The notes: a model not told the origin generated them from the sequence alone. A stretch of DNA of 64,000 bases from Candidatus Poseidoniaceae archaeon (GCA_949373075.1 CASIBX010000002.1:1019-65018); one strand, 5' to 3'. Positions 26,101-36,005 are shown, counted from the stretch's first letter. Numbers and translations: made by a program.

Positions 26101-27684
26101 TCACATTGTATTGAGGCCCAAGGAGATGCCACTCTTTCTCTTCAGCAAGTAACCATGCAAACCTGCGCTACGGATTCTCTTTGGGCTCGTAGCCTACCGC
26201 TATCTATCGACGGGCTTTATGTTACAGAAAGAGCAGATTTAGGTGGAGTTACTGGCGAAATGAACGACTTCACAGGAAGTGAATTATTCGTCAACAACCT
26301 AGATGGTTTTGAGATGTCTGATTTGGACATATCAATGCTAAATGGAACAGATAATCGTAACATAATTGTCGATGGCGCTGTAATAAACGGAGCTCCTGCA
26401 ATCGATCTGGATAATACAGCAGGAACTCTAACCGGGGTTTCAATCGATTGTAATGGAAGCGGAGTTGGAATTACTGCTCATCACGGCCGTGCTTCAGCAC
26501 CGCTAACAATTAGCGATTCTTCAATTGTATCTTGTACCAAAGGTATCGACTTACACACCGATGGAGAATCCGCTGCAATCGAATTGAATCATGTAAACAT
26601 CGACACAGCAGTGGCCATTTCTAGTGATGGTAATGATCTATTGATTCGTAACGGTGTTCTAAATGGTTCACTAGACATTAACTCTGCAACTGCAAATGTC
26701 TATGATGTAATCCCACTTTCTCAGTCTACTTCTTTAGGTCAGATTTGGATGTGGACAACCCATATTTTCGATGTTAGATTAGGTGCCTCCTCGCACTCTG
26801 CAAGCCTAGAAATGTCAGTTGGACAAAGTTGGTCGCAAACCGTTATTGGAAGCAGCGCTCAGGTAGCAATGCCCCATGCAGTGATATCAGATTCAGTAAC
26901 TGAAACTTATGACAAGGTCGCAATTGTTGCTACTGCAGAAAACCTTCCTACTCTAAGTAGTGAGTATTCATTCGGTCCTGGTGAAGAAGAAATTATTCAA
27001 ATTAGTATGATTAGTAATCAAGCTCCAGAAGTTGAAATTATAATCCCTGATGATGGATTTACAGTTATGGAGTCTCTTCCAATTGAAATCAGAGGCGTGG
27101 TTAGTGACGACCTAGATGCTAACGAAGATTTAGAAATCATCTGGCGAGTAATAATTGGCCAGACTGAAATGATGCAACTAAATGGTGAGTGGAACAATAT
27201 CACTGACTTACCAGCTGGAATATATGTTCTAAATTTGGAGGTAACCGACACACAAGGACTCATGTCAAGTAATTCAATATCCTTTGAGATTACATTACTG
27301 GATTCTGATGGCGATTGGATCTTAACCTGTTCAGAAAACTGGTTCGACAAGGAAGAAAATGTGTATTGCGGCCCTGATATTTACGATACTGATGATGATA
27401 ATGATGGCGTGTTAGACATTAGAGACCCATGGACCACCGATCCTTGTGCAAGTATGGACACAGATAGTGATGGACAACCCGACGACTTACATTGTCCTCC
27501 GGGTGTCACAACTTGGCTAACGGTTGACCCAGATGATGATGGGGATGGAATACCCGATGTGTCAGAGGGGTCAGAAGATGCTGATGAATCTGGTGGAAGT
27601 CCAGTAGTCATCATGTTATTTGTTGGTCTATTCCTTGCAGCAGCAGCATTCATGTTAATGCGCTCAAAGCAGGACGTGGAGTGA
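23116..27684 (+). CDS. large surface protein with parallel beta-helix repeats, Ig/PKD-like domain, TSP3-like repeats and C-terminal TM
   Basis: Signal peptide; three modules starting 'GNYTVSHGTKLTI', 'GNITIPSNAQLVL', 'NDLVIPQGQTMTV'; NQAPEVEI domain; DSDGD/DDDNDG repeats; TM then RSKQ. Confidence 0.82.
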   Translation: MRIHALVLATLLIISSTVSVIASDTVTTQDVELSGNQTMTGNYTVSHGTKLTIKPGTIIDMQDYWMKVDGELVADDATIMSSIQTTSPGSHNAGVWDALTITSMGVANLDEVTISNAKSCIIVDGTLTATNLSMEDCLIGMEVDGTATISGISLLHVDNDGIRVTGDADISDAEFTDMSGGIHSSGDLILTVSEFTDVGTGVSLTGGTADIEELTFTSGVGNGVSIASGVSGDIDSMTGQATNAIVSMDATGFAISNLDMSGERLFNSWSAGDLSISNADFHADSGETPIDIRTSGTVSLSDVHLTGQFSSQQSTFNAPWIGMSLAGSGDYIIASSTIESTDTALIASGTGTLDISDTTFSSDRMGLSFSGISSTTLDNVAVNISNGGELGIDILQGTHTFSQLQVNMPFNQFASGSTGIDAWWCEISAEDISVNGFANSASIHESILVTEDLTLLDSSIQGLHADSSMVTVTDSFETRVSDTGLIMDSSTVILRSWDSSYHEDGGVLDFESELTVWQLSSISNLDSDITGDGELHYGTSQTLRIYTASKNRLWDMTISFEDLSGNSVDADWEVLGFTGTASSGVALLPVSEAGSQITATYAGVGALSTPIGVQGGTHTIQVPIMPQGDWVLNGGTVVVLGPTEDGSPHIAGGNITIPSNAQLVLLDTTLQLPSYATLTVDSYGDFEGTNSQLVGNVVSHSSGFSDSTTSSLTVAGDVLWTSCQTDIILYNLLVQGDVQLDNSCKVTINSGTINGQVAVGVGAIFEIVNTLEVTVLDKGDAVQGATITVQGQSVTTDIDGKASKSTTALIVDSSGSTTAGLKQVTLQWGSFTDLMAWDTASSKQHTFIASTISGGTLTEWLVLEKAWSPYHLSNDLVIPQGQTMTVNDGVSLRVADGVIITIEGTFNSGYSTISSMGGGARWGGLVVGDNSETTASLLGTSLVEGSPLLTMNGNADIVLSNALLSRTSGAEPLIRLTNTASGSMQIVSTTLSDSASHCIEAQGDATLSLQQVTMQTCATDSLWARSLPLSIDGLYVTERADLGGVTGEMNDFTGSELFVNNLDGFEMSDLDISMLNGTDNRNIIVDGAVINGAPAIDLDNTAGTLTGVSIDCNGSGVGITAHHGRASAPLTISDSSIVSCTKGIDLHTDGESAAIELNHVNIDTAVAISSDGNDLLIRNGVLNGSLDINSATANVYDVIPLSQSTSLGQIWMWTTHIFDVRLGASSHSASLEMSVGQSWSQTVIGSSAQVAMPHAVISDSVTETYDKVAIVATAENLPTLSSEYSFGPGEEEIIQISMISNQAPEVEIIIPDDGFTVMESLPIEIRGVVSDDLDANEDLEIIWRVIIGQTEMMQLNGEWNNITDLPAGIYVLNLEVTDTQGLMSSNSISFEITLLDSDGDWILTCSENWFDKEENVYCGPDIYDTDDDNDGVLDIRDPWTTDPCASMDTDSDGQPDDLHCPPGVTTWLTVDPDDDGDGIPDVSEGSEDADESGGSPVVIMLFVGLFLAAAAFMLMRSKQDVE

Positions 27685-28223
27685 TGGTAGAACTTACCAG
27701 CACATTACCTGACGCTGAATTGATGGCTCAGTTTTGTGTTGCAGTATTAGCGGTAATTGTTGCCTGGGATGCTTGGTGGCTTGGCCGCCAGAGGCTCGAT
27801 ATCCCCACCTTGGGCGATCTGCCTAACTCAGGATTTGCCTGGGAGTCAAATCAGTCTGAGGAAGTATCACGCCAGTGGGCGAACCTGATGACTATGGGTG
27901 CGATGATGGTTCTCCCTTGGATGCTAGCTGAACTATCTGATACTCCGATAATATGGGTGTGGGTTTGGGATATTTTGTTAGCGATTCATCTAATTTCGTT
28001 GCTAATACCAAAACGATATGCAGTGACTTCTACGCATTTATTTGCTGATGGGCAGCGCTACGAATGGAGTCGTTTGAAATTAGCTAAAAGGCAACCTAAG
28101 AAGCGAATAATGCTATTGCGCAAAGGGTGGGGCCCTTTCGGACCCCTGCCCCTTGGCGGAGACAGAACAACGCTCCTCAAAGCGGTTGAACTGATGGCTA
28201 CTATTCTCAATGAAGAAGAGTAA
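27681..28223 (+). CDS. hypothetical membrane protein (3 TM plus basic PH-like tail)
   Basis: Hydrophobic helices followed by YAVTSTHLFADGQRYEWSRL; overlaps the upstream stop. Confidence 0.75.
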   Translation: MMVELTSTLPDAELMAQFCVAVLAVIVAWDAWWLGRQRLDIPTLGDLPNSGFAWESNQSEEVSRQWANLMTMGAMMVLPWMLAELSDTPIIWVWVWDILLAIHLISLLIPKRYAVTSTHLFADGQRYEWSRLKLAKRQPKKRIMLLRKGWGPFGPLPLGGDRTTLLKAVELMATILNEEE

Positions 28224-29081
28224 TCAAGCGTTCATAGCTTCGGTTGCTTTCTTTGCACCCATCCATGCTACAACACCGAAACCGATCTTGTTGATGATGT
28301 CTGCAACGTTGTAAGCAACAGCCATGTATTCAGCGCCGTTGGCACTGTCAATCAATGCGACTTCAGGACTGAATAGGTAACCGACTGGGTAGATGACCCA
28401 GCCTACAACTATGAACCAGCGTAGAGCATTAGCGCTCCACATCAATTCCTCGGAAATCTTACTGTTATCCACACCTAGTCCTGAAGACCATGGAGTTCCA
28501 GTAGCGACAATGATCATTGCCCAGCCCATTCCACCGAGGAGAAGAGCTAGGATAGGGTGCATCAAATCAGCTTCGCCAGCATATCCGAATCCAACCATGA
28601 TAAGAGCGCCAGTGAAACAGATTCCAGTGAATCCAAGTCCAGCGACCTTCTTGTCAGTAATAGCGCCCTTACCTACTAAGGATGGGAACTTGAGAGCCAT
28701 CAATGGAACAGTAATTATCCAATCCATGTAACGGTATTCTACCGAGACAGTTCCGTAGTCTGCGTAAACTCCACGCATGTAGTAGTAGTGGAAGGCAGCA
28801 ATACCTACAATCAATGCTGAGATAGTCATTGTAGTGCGGTATTGTGGGGCAACGTTACTTCTCTCACTCATGAAGAAGACGAAAGCAGCACCCATTGCAA
28901 TGTATCCTACGAAGAATAGGAAGAAGGTCATAGTCTCTAGCGTGTTGCCTTCGATAAATTCAGGCAATCCGTTATCGCCGACTGGCAGTGTCTCCGTGGC
29001 GCTGACCGTTCCGGCCATAGCGAGGGCAATTGTGGCGATTAACAGCAGGCTCGTGGTTCTTGAAAAACGGTCTAACGACAT
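28224..29081 (-). CDS. microbial rhodopsin, proteorhodopsin-like with DTK motif
   Basis: Signal peptide plus 7 TM; AAFHYYYM (His75 equivalent); helix C RYMDWIITVPLMALKF; GWVIYPVGY; retinal Lys in YNVADIINKIGFG. Confidence 0.95.
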   Translation of the reverse strand: MSLDRFSRTTSLLLIATIALAMAGTVSATETLPVGDNGLPEFIEGNTLETMTFFLFFVGYIAMGAAFVFFMSERSNVAPQYRTTMTISALIVGIAAFHYYYMRGVYADYGTVSVEYRYMDWIITVPLMALKFPSLVGKGAITDKKVAGLGFTGICFTGALIMVGFGYAGEADLMHPILALLLGGMGWAMIIVATGTPWSSGLGVDNSKISEELMWSANALRWFIVVGWVIYPVGYLFSPEVALIDSANGAEYMAVAYNVADIINKIGFGVVAWMGAKKATEAMNA

Positions 29082-29083
29082 AT

Positions 29084-29117
29084 TATCAATTGATAGCGAT
29101 ATAATTCAATATAAAAA
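29084..29117 (-). promoter_or_regulatory. rhodopsin promoter: TATA box plus 12-bp palindrome
   Basis: Minus-strand TTTTTATAT at about 29109-29117, roughly 30 nt before the ATG; TATCAATTGATA at 29084-29095. Confidence 0.5.
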
Positions 29118-29130
29118 GTACAGTTTTGAA

Positions 29131-30906
29131 TCACGTATCGATAATGCCTGTTTGAACAGCCCACATTCTAGCGTAAGCGCCTTCTAACTGAACCAACTCT
29201 TCGTGAGTTCCATCTTCTATGACATCTCCATTGTCTAAAACTAAAATTCTGTCTGCTTGCCTAACAGTTGATAGTCTGTGAGCGATGATAATCGCAGTTC
29301 TATCGATTGAAACTTTACTAATTGAGCGCTGTAATGCTGCCTCGGTTTCGTTATCTACCGCAGAAGTCGCTTCATCCAAAATTAGAACCGGGGCATCTTT
29401 TAGAATCGCTCTTGCAATCGCTAACCTCTGTCTTTGTCCACCTGATAAACGATGTCCACCCTCTCCGACTAGTGTACTCCAACCGTCCGGTAAATCCTCA
29501 ATGAACTGAGACGCTTCTGCAATCAAACCTGCAGATTTCACATCTTCATCAGATGCTTCAGGAAGGCCATATCTAATATTCTCAAGAATTGTAGTTGGGA
29601 AGAGGGTGATGTGTTGGTCGACCAAGGCCATCGATGAGCGTAAAGTTTGCAAATTCCATTCCGGTAAGGATTTTCCAGCCCATTCAATTTCGCCCTTATT
29701 CGGTTCAGCGAATCTTAGTAATAGCTTGACTAAGGTTGTTTTTCCAGAACCGGTGGCTCCAACAATCCCCGTAGTAGTTCCGGCTTTGAATGTTAAATCA
29801 AGTCCTTCAAATGTCTTATCACGGCCAGTATAAGCAAAGTGAACATCGTTCATTGCAATATCAGCGTTAGCAATATCCTGTCTATTCGGGGCGAAATCCC
29901 CTTGCTTAAGTTCAGTCGGGGAAGTCAATACGTCAAGCACTCTAGTCGAGGAAGCCATAGCTCTTTGGTACAAATCAAAAGTTTCTCCAAGCCTAGTAAG
30001 AGGCCAAAGTAATCTTTGAGTCATGAAGACCAGTACTGAGTATGCCCCAACAGCTAGAACTCCATCGAGAGTTAGCCAGCCGCCTAGTAGCAGTGTTGCC
30101 GTAAATCCACAGAGAATTGCCATCCTGATCATTGGTACGAAAGCGACAGATAATCGAATTGCCTTTTTATTCGCATTCCGATATTCATTACTCAAATCTT
30201 CAACACGTTGCAACTCTCTATCTTCTGCTGTGAAAGATTGAATAGTCGACATCCCCGAAAGGTCGTTTTCTAGCAATGCATTCAATCGTCCTGCAGTATT
30301 CCTAACCTCTGCATATCTTGGCTCCAGGCTTCTCTGGTAAAGGAAAGAGCCCCATACGATGATCGGTATGGGTAGGACTGCAAATAGGGCAACCTTCCAG
30401 GAGATCGCCAAAAATACCGCGCCCACTACTATCACAGTCGTTGTTACCTGAAGAAAATCATTAGCACCTTTATCCAAAAACCTCTCCAGTTGATTGATAT
30501 CATCATTGAGGATTGCTAAAATATCTCCTTTTTGCCTTTCATCGAACCAGCCCATTCCTTGTTTTTGTACGTGGCCAAATGTTTCCAAGCGTAACTCGTG
30601 CTGCACAGTTTGTGCTAAATTTCTCCACAAAATTCCATAGAAATATTCGAATAATGATTCAAGTCCCCAAATTATGAATGTTAGTACCGACAGGAAAATC
30701 AATTGATGCCAGGGGTCTGACATCCCGTATCCTGCAATGAATGATTCTTCTTTGAGAACCACTACATCTACAGCGAGTCCGATTAAAAGTGGGGGGGCCA
30801 AATCCCAAATTTTATTCAGTACTGAACAGAATGTTGCTAGACGAATAGTCCCCTTGTGAGGGGTCATATATCGCAATAACCGTTTGAACGGACCTACCTC
30901 TCCCAT
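29131..30906 (-). CDS. ABC exporter, fused permease/ATP-binding (MsbA/MdlB-like)
   Basis: 6 TM, GATGSGKTT, LSGGQRQR, ILDEATS, IAHRLST. Confidence 0.95.
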   Translation of the reverse strand: MGEVGPFKRLLRYMTPHKGTIRLATFCSVLNKIWDLAPPLLIGLAVDVVVLKEESFIAGYGMSDPWHQLIFLSVLTFIIWGLESLFEYFYGILWRNLAQTVQHELRLETFGHVQKQGMGWFDERQKGDILAILNDDINQLERFLDKGANDFLQVTTTVIVVGAVFLAISWKVALFAVLPIPIIVWGSFLYQRSLEPRYAEVRNTAGRLNALLENDLSGMSTIQSFTAEDRELQRVEDLSNEYRNANKKAIRLSVAFVPMIRMAILCGFTATLLLGGWLTLDGVLAVGAYSVLVFMTQRLLWPLTRLGETFDLYQRAMASSTRVLDVLTSPTELKQGDFAPNRQDIANADIAMNDVHFAYTGRDKTFEGLDLTFKAGTTTGIVGATGSGKTTLVKLLLRFAEPNKGEIEWAGKSLPEWNLQTLRSSMALVDQHITLFPTTILENIRYGLPEASDEDVKSAGLIAEASQFIEDLPDGWSTLVGEGGHRLSGGQRQRLAIARAILKDAPVLILDEATSAVDNETEAALQRSISKVSIDRTAIIIAHRLSTVRQADRILVLDNGDVIEDGTHEELVQLEGAYARMWAVQTGIIDT

Positions 30907-31024
30907 GGCCCGGCTAATGGTCTAGAATATGAGAATGCTCGTATGCAAAATTAATACATCAAGTGATTATGATTGCCTAAAATTGAAGGCGAACCCTAAT
31001 CAGGTGCCTTTTGAACCGCAAAAC

Positions 31025-31453
31025 ATGGAGTGGACGCGTAGTGGAGAGGACCTGTTTGTTAGAATCGACCCCGATGAAGAAATTCATTCATCTTTGCAAA
31101 GCTTAGCTGATGAAGTAGGGTTTGATGCCGCAGCAATTACGAGCGGCATTGGGCGTACACGAGATAACAAATATGGATACATGAACGAAGAGGGAGTATA
31201 TCAGCGCAGACCGCTCGATGCACCTTCAGAATTGGTAAGCCTATCTGGAAATATTGCTAGGACGCAAGAGGGCGCGGCTTTCACTCACATCCATTGTTGT
31301 TGGTCAGATGATGACAACAATGTCCATGCGGGACACATGTTCCAGGCCACAGTTCATGTAGTTGCAGAGATACACATCCGTATCCTATCTCAAGCGATAA
31401 TGACACGTTGTCCTTTAGCCGACTTTGAACTTCTCGGCTTACAATTTTCGTGA
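31025..31453 (+). CDS. PPC domain (DUF296) protein
   Basis: VRIDPDEEI, SGIG, ELVSLSGNI, HIHCC, AGHM, AEI; start moved to ATG 31025. Confidence 0.88.
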   Translation: MEWTRSGEDLFVRIDPDEEIHSSLQSLADEVGFDAAAITSGIGRTRDNKYGYMNEEGVYQRRPLDAPSELVSLSGNIARTQEGAAFTHIHCCWSDDDNNVHAGHMFQATVHVVAEIHIRILSQAIMTRCPLADFELLGLQFS

Positions 31454-31484
31454 AGTTCATACCCTATGGTGTGGGTGAATAGAC

Positions 31485-33503
31485 ATGGCCGAGGCGGAGC
31501 GAATCCAATATCTGGCCGAGGCGGTCAGGTATCATCGTGAATTGTACTACAATCACGCTGCACCAGAGATTAGCGATGTTGAATTCGACAAACTTTGGGA
31601 TGAATTAAAACAACTAGACCCGGACAATTCAATTTTACACCAAGTTGGCCCTGAGCCATTACCTGGAACTGTAAAAGTCGAGCACATGTTCCCCATGCGC
31701 TCTCTTGACAAAGGGGTTTCAGATGACGATATAGTCCACTTTGTAACCCAATCTACATTCGGCGGTAAGAGGTATCTTGCGCAACCGAAACTAGACGGGT
31801 CAGCCCTTTCGCTGGAGTATGTTGCTGGCAATCTTCATCGCGCAGCAACAAGGGGTAGTGGTGAAAGAGGAGAGGATGTAACTCTCAATGCTAAATTAGT
31901 TGCCAATGTTCCTTTGCGTCTTAATGCCGCAATAGATTGTCATGTGCGTGGCGAAGTAGTTATGCCATTGGCAATATTCGATCAAAAGTACAGTGAGATT
32001 TCTCCTAACCCAAGAAATCTTTGTTCAGGGGCACTACGTCAAAAACACGGCGACGGTAAGGCCGATGCCGCCGATTTGGTATTCCAAGCCTATGATGTGA
32101 AATTTCCAAAAGATGCTCCTGAAATGTCAAATGATAGCGAGTTACTTTCATGGTTACAAAAAGCAGGTATTGAGCCTGCTCCCTGGCAAATATTCGAATC
32201 TTTAACCCCACAAAAAGAAATGATTGACTATACCGTAGAATGGAGATCAAAACGCTCTTCTTATGAATATGAAATCGACGGCATCGTATTCAAATTAGAC
32301 GATTTAGAACAACGTGAGATTCTTGGAATGACCGCCCACCATCCACGATGGGCTCTAGCATGGAAGTTCCCTTCGCAAGAAGCACAATCAGTTTTGCTAG
32401 ATGTCGATTGGCAAACCGGTAGGACAGGTGCAATAACTCCCGTAGCGAGGATTGCACCACAAATGGTTGGAGGGGTTACTGTGGAGAACGTTACTCTCCA
32501 TAATGTGGGCGAAGTCGAGCGCCTAGGTGTCAGAATTGGCGATAAGGTGACTATTACGCGACGAGGAGATGTTATTCCAAAAATAATAGAAAATTTGGGC
32601 AGGGCAAACAATAGCGATATGTCCGGTAGGTTCCATGCAGACGGCACATCCTTCATTGGAGAATTATCTCATGGAGACATAGTGATTCCAAGCGAATGTC
32701 CCGCCTGTAACCGAGAATTAACTACGGAAGGGGCCTTCTTGAGATGTATCGCTTTGGAATGCGACGCTAGAGTAGCAAGGGCGCTAACATACTGGTGTCG
32801 CACTCTCGAGATGGACGGTATAGGAGAGAAATTGATTGAAGCCCTACTCGAAAAAGGCTTAGTTGGAGATATAGCGGATTTGTATAAAATCACCCATTCT
32901 CAGATTACAGAATTAGATAGGATGGGCGATAAGAGCGCCTACAATGTTCTAGATGAACTTGCTAAAACTAGAACACTGAACCTAGCGAAATTTCTTCATG
33001 CCTTGGGAATGGAAAGGATTGGGCCTGAAGTAGCCACAACCATATCTCAGCATTTTACTTCCTTAGACAAACTCCTTCATTGGTCAGATGAGGGAGACGA
33101 TGATGAACTCACTACTATCGACGGAATAGGTGACAAGGTGGCAGCTATTTTCAGAGATGGAATCCTAAAGAGGCGTACTTTGATTGATGAACTTACATAT
33201 ATGATAAAAATTACAGATGAATCTCAAGCAGTAAGTGGGAAATTCGATGGAAAGACATTCTGCATCACAGGTTCTCTTACAAGACCAAGAAAGGAAATCA
33301 CTCTTGCAATAAAGAACGCTGGCGGAAAAGTAGTAGCCAGTGTAAGTGGAAGTTTAGACATTCTAATTGCGGGGGAAAAGGCCGGTTCAAAATTGGCGAA
33401 GTCACAGGCCCTTGAAATAGAGATTTGGACTGAAGAACAATTGTTCAAAGAAATCGTAGAGCCCCATAAAAGCCCTAGGACACTTTTCGATTATGACAGG
33501 TGA
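31485..33503 (+). CDS. ligA: NAD-dependent DNA ligase
   Basis: YYN..PEISDVEFD, PKLDG, TRGSGERGEDVT, PRWALAWKF, OB fold, Cys Zn finger, HhH, BRCT (FCITGSL...GSKLAKS). Confidence 0.97.
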   Translation: MAEAERIQYLAEAVRYHRELYYNHAAPEISDVEFDKLWDELKQLDPDNSILHQVGPEPLPGTVKVEHMFPMRSLDKGVSDDDIVHFVTQSTFGGKRYLAQPKLDGSALSLEYVAGNLHRAATRGSGERGEDVTLNAKLVANVPLRLNAAIDCHVRGEVVMPLAIFDQKYSEISPNPRNLCSGALRQKHGDGKADAADLVFQAYDVKFPKDAPEMSNDSELLSWLQKAGIEPAPWQIFESLTPQKEMIDYTVEWRSKRSSYEYEIDGIVFKLDDLEQREILGMTAHHPRWALAWKFPSQEAQSVLLDVDWQTGRTGAITPVARIAPQMVGGVTVENVTLHNVGEVERLGVRIGDKVTITRRGDVIPKIIENLGRANNSDMSGRFHADGTSFIGELSHGDIVIPSECPACNRELTTEGAFLRCIALECDARVARALTYWCRTLEMDGIGEKLIEALLEKGLVGDIADLYKITHSQITELDRMGDKSAYNVLDELAKTRTLNLAKFLHALGMERIGPEVATTISQHFTSLDKLLHWSDEGDDDELTTIDGIGDKVAAIFRDGILKRRTLIDELTYMIKITDESQAVSGKFDGKTFCITGSLTRPRKEITLAIKNAGGKVVASVSGSLDILIAGEKAGSKLAKSQALEIEIWTEEQLFKEIVEPHKSPRTLFDYDR

Positions 33504-33578
33504 GCAGCGTTCATAAAACCGAAGAAAGTAAAACCGTTATACCAACCCTTTGATAACCAAAGTGCCAGTGGAATAACT

Positions 33579-36005
33579 GTGAATCGAAAACTCGTCCCTC
33601 TAACATTAGTTCTGATACTGTTGTTTTCCATGACCCCGCTTACTTCAGGTAATAGCAACGGGATTTACAGCTCAGGGAGCGGCTGCGGAGGAGCATACTG
33701 TCATGGATCCAACACCAACGCCGTAGTTTCGATGTCTGGACAGCCAGCTAGTTATACTCCTGGGCAAACCTACACACTTTCAATTTCAGTAACAGGTGGT
33801 GCTAGTGCTACCCAAGGAGGCTTCAGTTTAGATGTAAGCACGGGTACTCTTTCAGCAGGTGGAATCGGAATAATGGCCGTTAAGGTAAATTCTGGAGGTA
33901 CTAGTGCTACTCACACAACCAACAGTTATCGAAGTTGGAGCGTAGACTGGATTGCACCATCTTCTGGTTCAGGTGTGGCAATTTTTGATTTAGCAGGAAA
34001 TGCTGCGGATGGTAACGGTTACAACAGTAACGATAATTGGGACGCAGTTAGTTACCAAGTGCCTGAAGCTGGCGCACCTAGTAACAGTCCACCTTCTGCA
34101 TCAAACTTGCAACTAAGCCCCTCAAATCCAGTTACTACAGACACACTATCACTAACTTATTCTTATCAGGACCCAGAAGGAGATGCTGAGAGTGGCACTA
34201 CAATCCATTGGTACAAGGATGGAGTTTTGGAGAGTTCCAGAAATAATCAAACCACGGTTCCTAGTTCCTTAACCACCAAAGGAGAGTCATGGAATGTGAC
34301 AGTTATTCCTAGTGATGGAATGGATGATGGAAATGCAATTGACTCATACGTAATAGTTGTCGACAACTCGATTCCAACAGTATTGAGTGCTTCAATAACA
34401 CCTTCTGATGCGACAGAAAGTGATGATCTTACACTCGGTTGGAGTTCGGCAGATGCAGATAATGATGTACTTTCTAATGAAATCGAATGGTATGTCGATG
34501 ACTCCAAAGTCTCAGCCTTCGACAATGATGTAACTATTCCATCTGTTGCGATAAGAGATGGTGATGATTGGTATGCAAAAATAAGAGTTAACGATGGAGA
34601 AGCCGACAGCGCTTGGCTAACAACTCAAACTATCACAATCGGCAGTGACAACACTCCGCCAACAATGTCTAGTGTCACTTTGAATGGCCCTTATACTACT
34701 CTTGACGATCTGGTTGCAACAGCGGTTGGAAATGACTTAGACGGCGATTCTCTAACCTATGAGTGGGAGTGGATCGGCGCTCCATTTACAACACCAACTC
34801 TGCCTGCATCTCAAACCAGTAAAGGAGAATCATGGAGTGTAAAGTGCAGGGTTACCGACGGCGCAGTATATTCTGAATGGCTTGAGAGCAATTCAGTGGT
34901 TATTCAAAACACAGCTCCGATTTTGCTAAGCCTATCCATCGAACAGGAAACAATATTTTTCGAGAGTGAAGCAACCTATGTTTATGAAGCATCAGATGTT
35001 GATGGAGATGTAATATTTACAAACGAAGTTTGGTCTTTAGATGGCGATTTACTGACTTTGACTTTGACAGTAACTGATGATGAAATGAGCCAATCCTCAG
35101 CATTATCAGATACTGTGTTGATTGTAAATACCCCTCCAATTGCATCTTATGATGGGCCTACTAGTCAAGACGCTTTGACAGAAATTAATCCCACAATTTC
35201 CACCGATGATGCCAATGGTGATTTAGTTACAATATCCTGGATTTGGATGAGAAACGGTTTCACCACAGACTTCAATCAGAGTCAAATCCCGGTTTCAAAT
35301 TTAGGTGCAGGGGATACTTGGACCGCATTCATCACTCCGAATGATGGAATGGATGACGGGCAAGTTTTAGTGGTTGATTTTGCAATCTCCAATACAGAAC
35401 CTAATGCTGTAATCTCCGCCCCCGAAACCCTGATTCAAGGAGCCGACGTTACATTCTCTGCTGTCAATTCTACGGATGTTGATGGCGCAGTAGTAAATGC
35501 AATTTGGAGTGTTGGAGGAATGATAGTCCACAATGGAATGACCTTTACTACATTGATGAGTGACCAATTAACAATTCAAGTCAAAGTAATCGATGATATG
35601 GGTGCAACAGATACTGTGTCGGAAAGTTTCAGCGGAGAATTACCACCCTATGCCACTAATACGGAAGCGAAGGTCGATGGAACTAGAATTGTTTTGACGT
35701 GGGAAGGAGACTCCAATGAATGGGCGATTATTCACAATGGTGAGGTCATTGATACAACTACTTCAACCACTTACCGCCACTCTCCAACCATGGAAGGAGA
35801 GCACAGGTACAATGTAATTCCAGTCATTGATGGTCAACAAATTCAATGGGAAAGCGAAGGATCAACAGATATTGCAGAACTCAGTTCCAGCAATGTTCCT
35901 GAAGCGCCAGGTCCAAGTGAAAATATAGGGATGATATTCAGTATTGTATTATTGTTGGTAGGAATTACTGGCGTAGTATTTTCATTTATTCCAAGGAGGG
36001 ATTAA
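33579..36005 (+). CDS. surface protein with N-terminal Reeler-like (choice-of-anchor V-like) domain carrying CxxxxCH, Ig-like repeats, PKD and C-terminal TM
   Basis: Signal peptide; GCGGAYCHG; PASYTPGQTYTLSISV..GGFSL..WSVDWIAP; repeats N(S/T)PP...D.DGD....W...V.P.DG; TM then PRRD. Confidence 0.8.
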   Translation: MNRKLVPLTLVLILLFSMTPLTSGNSNGIYSSGSGCGGAYCHGSNTNAVVSMSGQPASYTPGQTYTLSISVTGGASATQGGFSLDVSTGTLSAGGIGIMAVKVNSGGTSATHTTNSYRSWSVDWIAPSSGSGVAIFDLAGNAADGNGYNSNDNWDAVSYQVPEAGAPSNSPPSASNLQLSPSNPVTTDTLSLTYSYQDPEGDAESGTTIHWYKDGVLESSRNNQTTVPSSLTTKGESWNVTVIPSDGMDDGNAIDSYVIVVDNSIPTVLSASITPSDATESDDLTLGWSSADADNDVLSNEIEWYVDDSKVSAFDNDVTIPSVAIRDGDDWYAKIRVNDGEADSAWLTTQTITIGSDNTPPTMSSVTLNGPYTTLDDLVATAVGNDLDGDSLTYEWEWIGAPFTTPTLPASQTSKGESWSVKCRVTDGAVYSEWLESNSVVIQNTAPILLSLSIEQETIFFESEATYVYEASDVDGDVIFTNEVWSLDGDLLTLTLTVTDDEMSQSSALSDTVLIVNTPPIASYDGPTSQDALTEINPTISTDDANGDLVTISWIWMRNGFTTDFNQSQIPVSNLGAGDTWTAFITPNDGMDDGQVLVVDFAISNTEPNAVISAPETLIQGADVTFSAVNSTDVDGAVVNAIWSVGGMIVHNGMTFTTLMSDQLTIQVKVIDDMGATDTVSESFSGELPPYATNTEAKVDGTRIVLTWEGDSNEWAIIHNGEVIDTTTSTTYRHSPTMEGEHRYNVIPVIDGQQIQWESEGSTDIAELSSSNVPEAPGPSENIGMIFSIVLLLVGITGVVFSFIPRRD

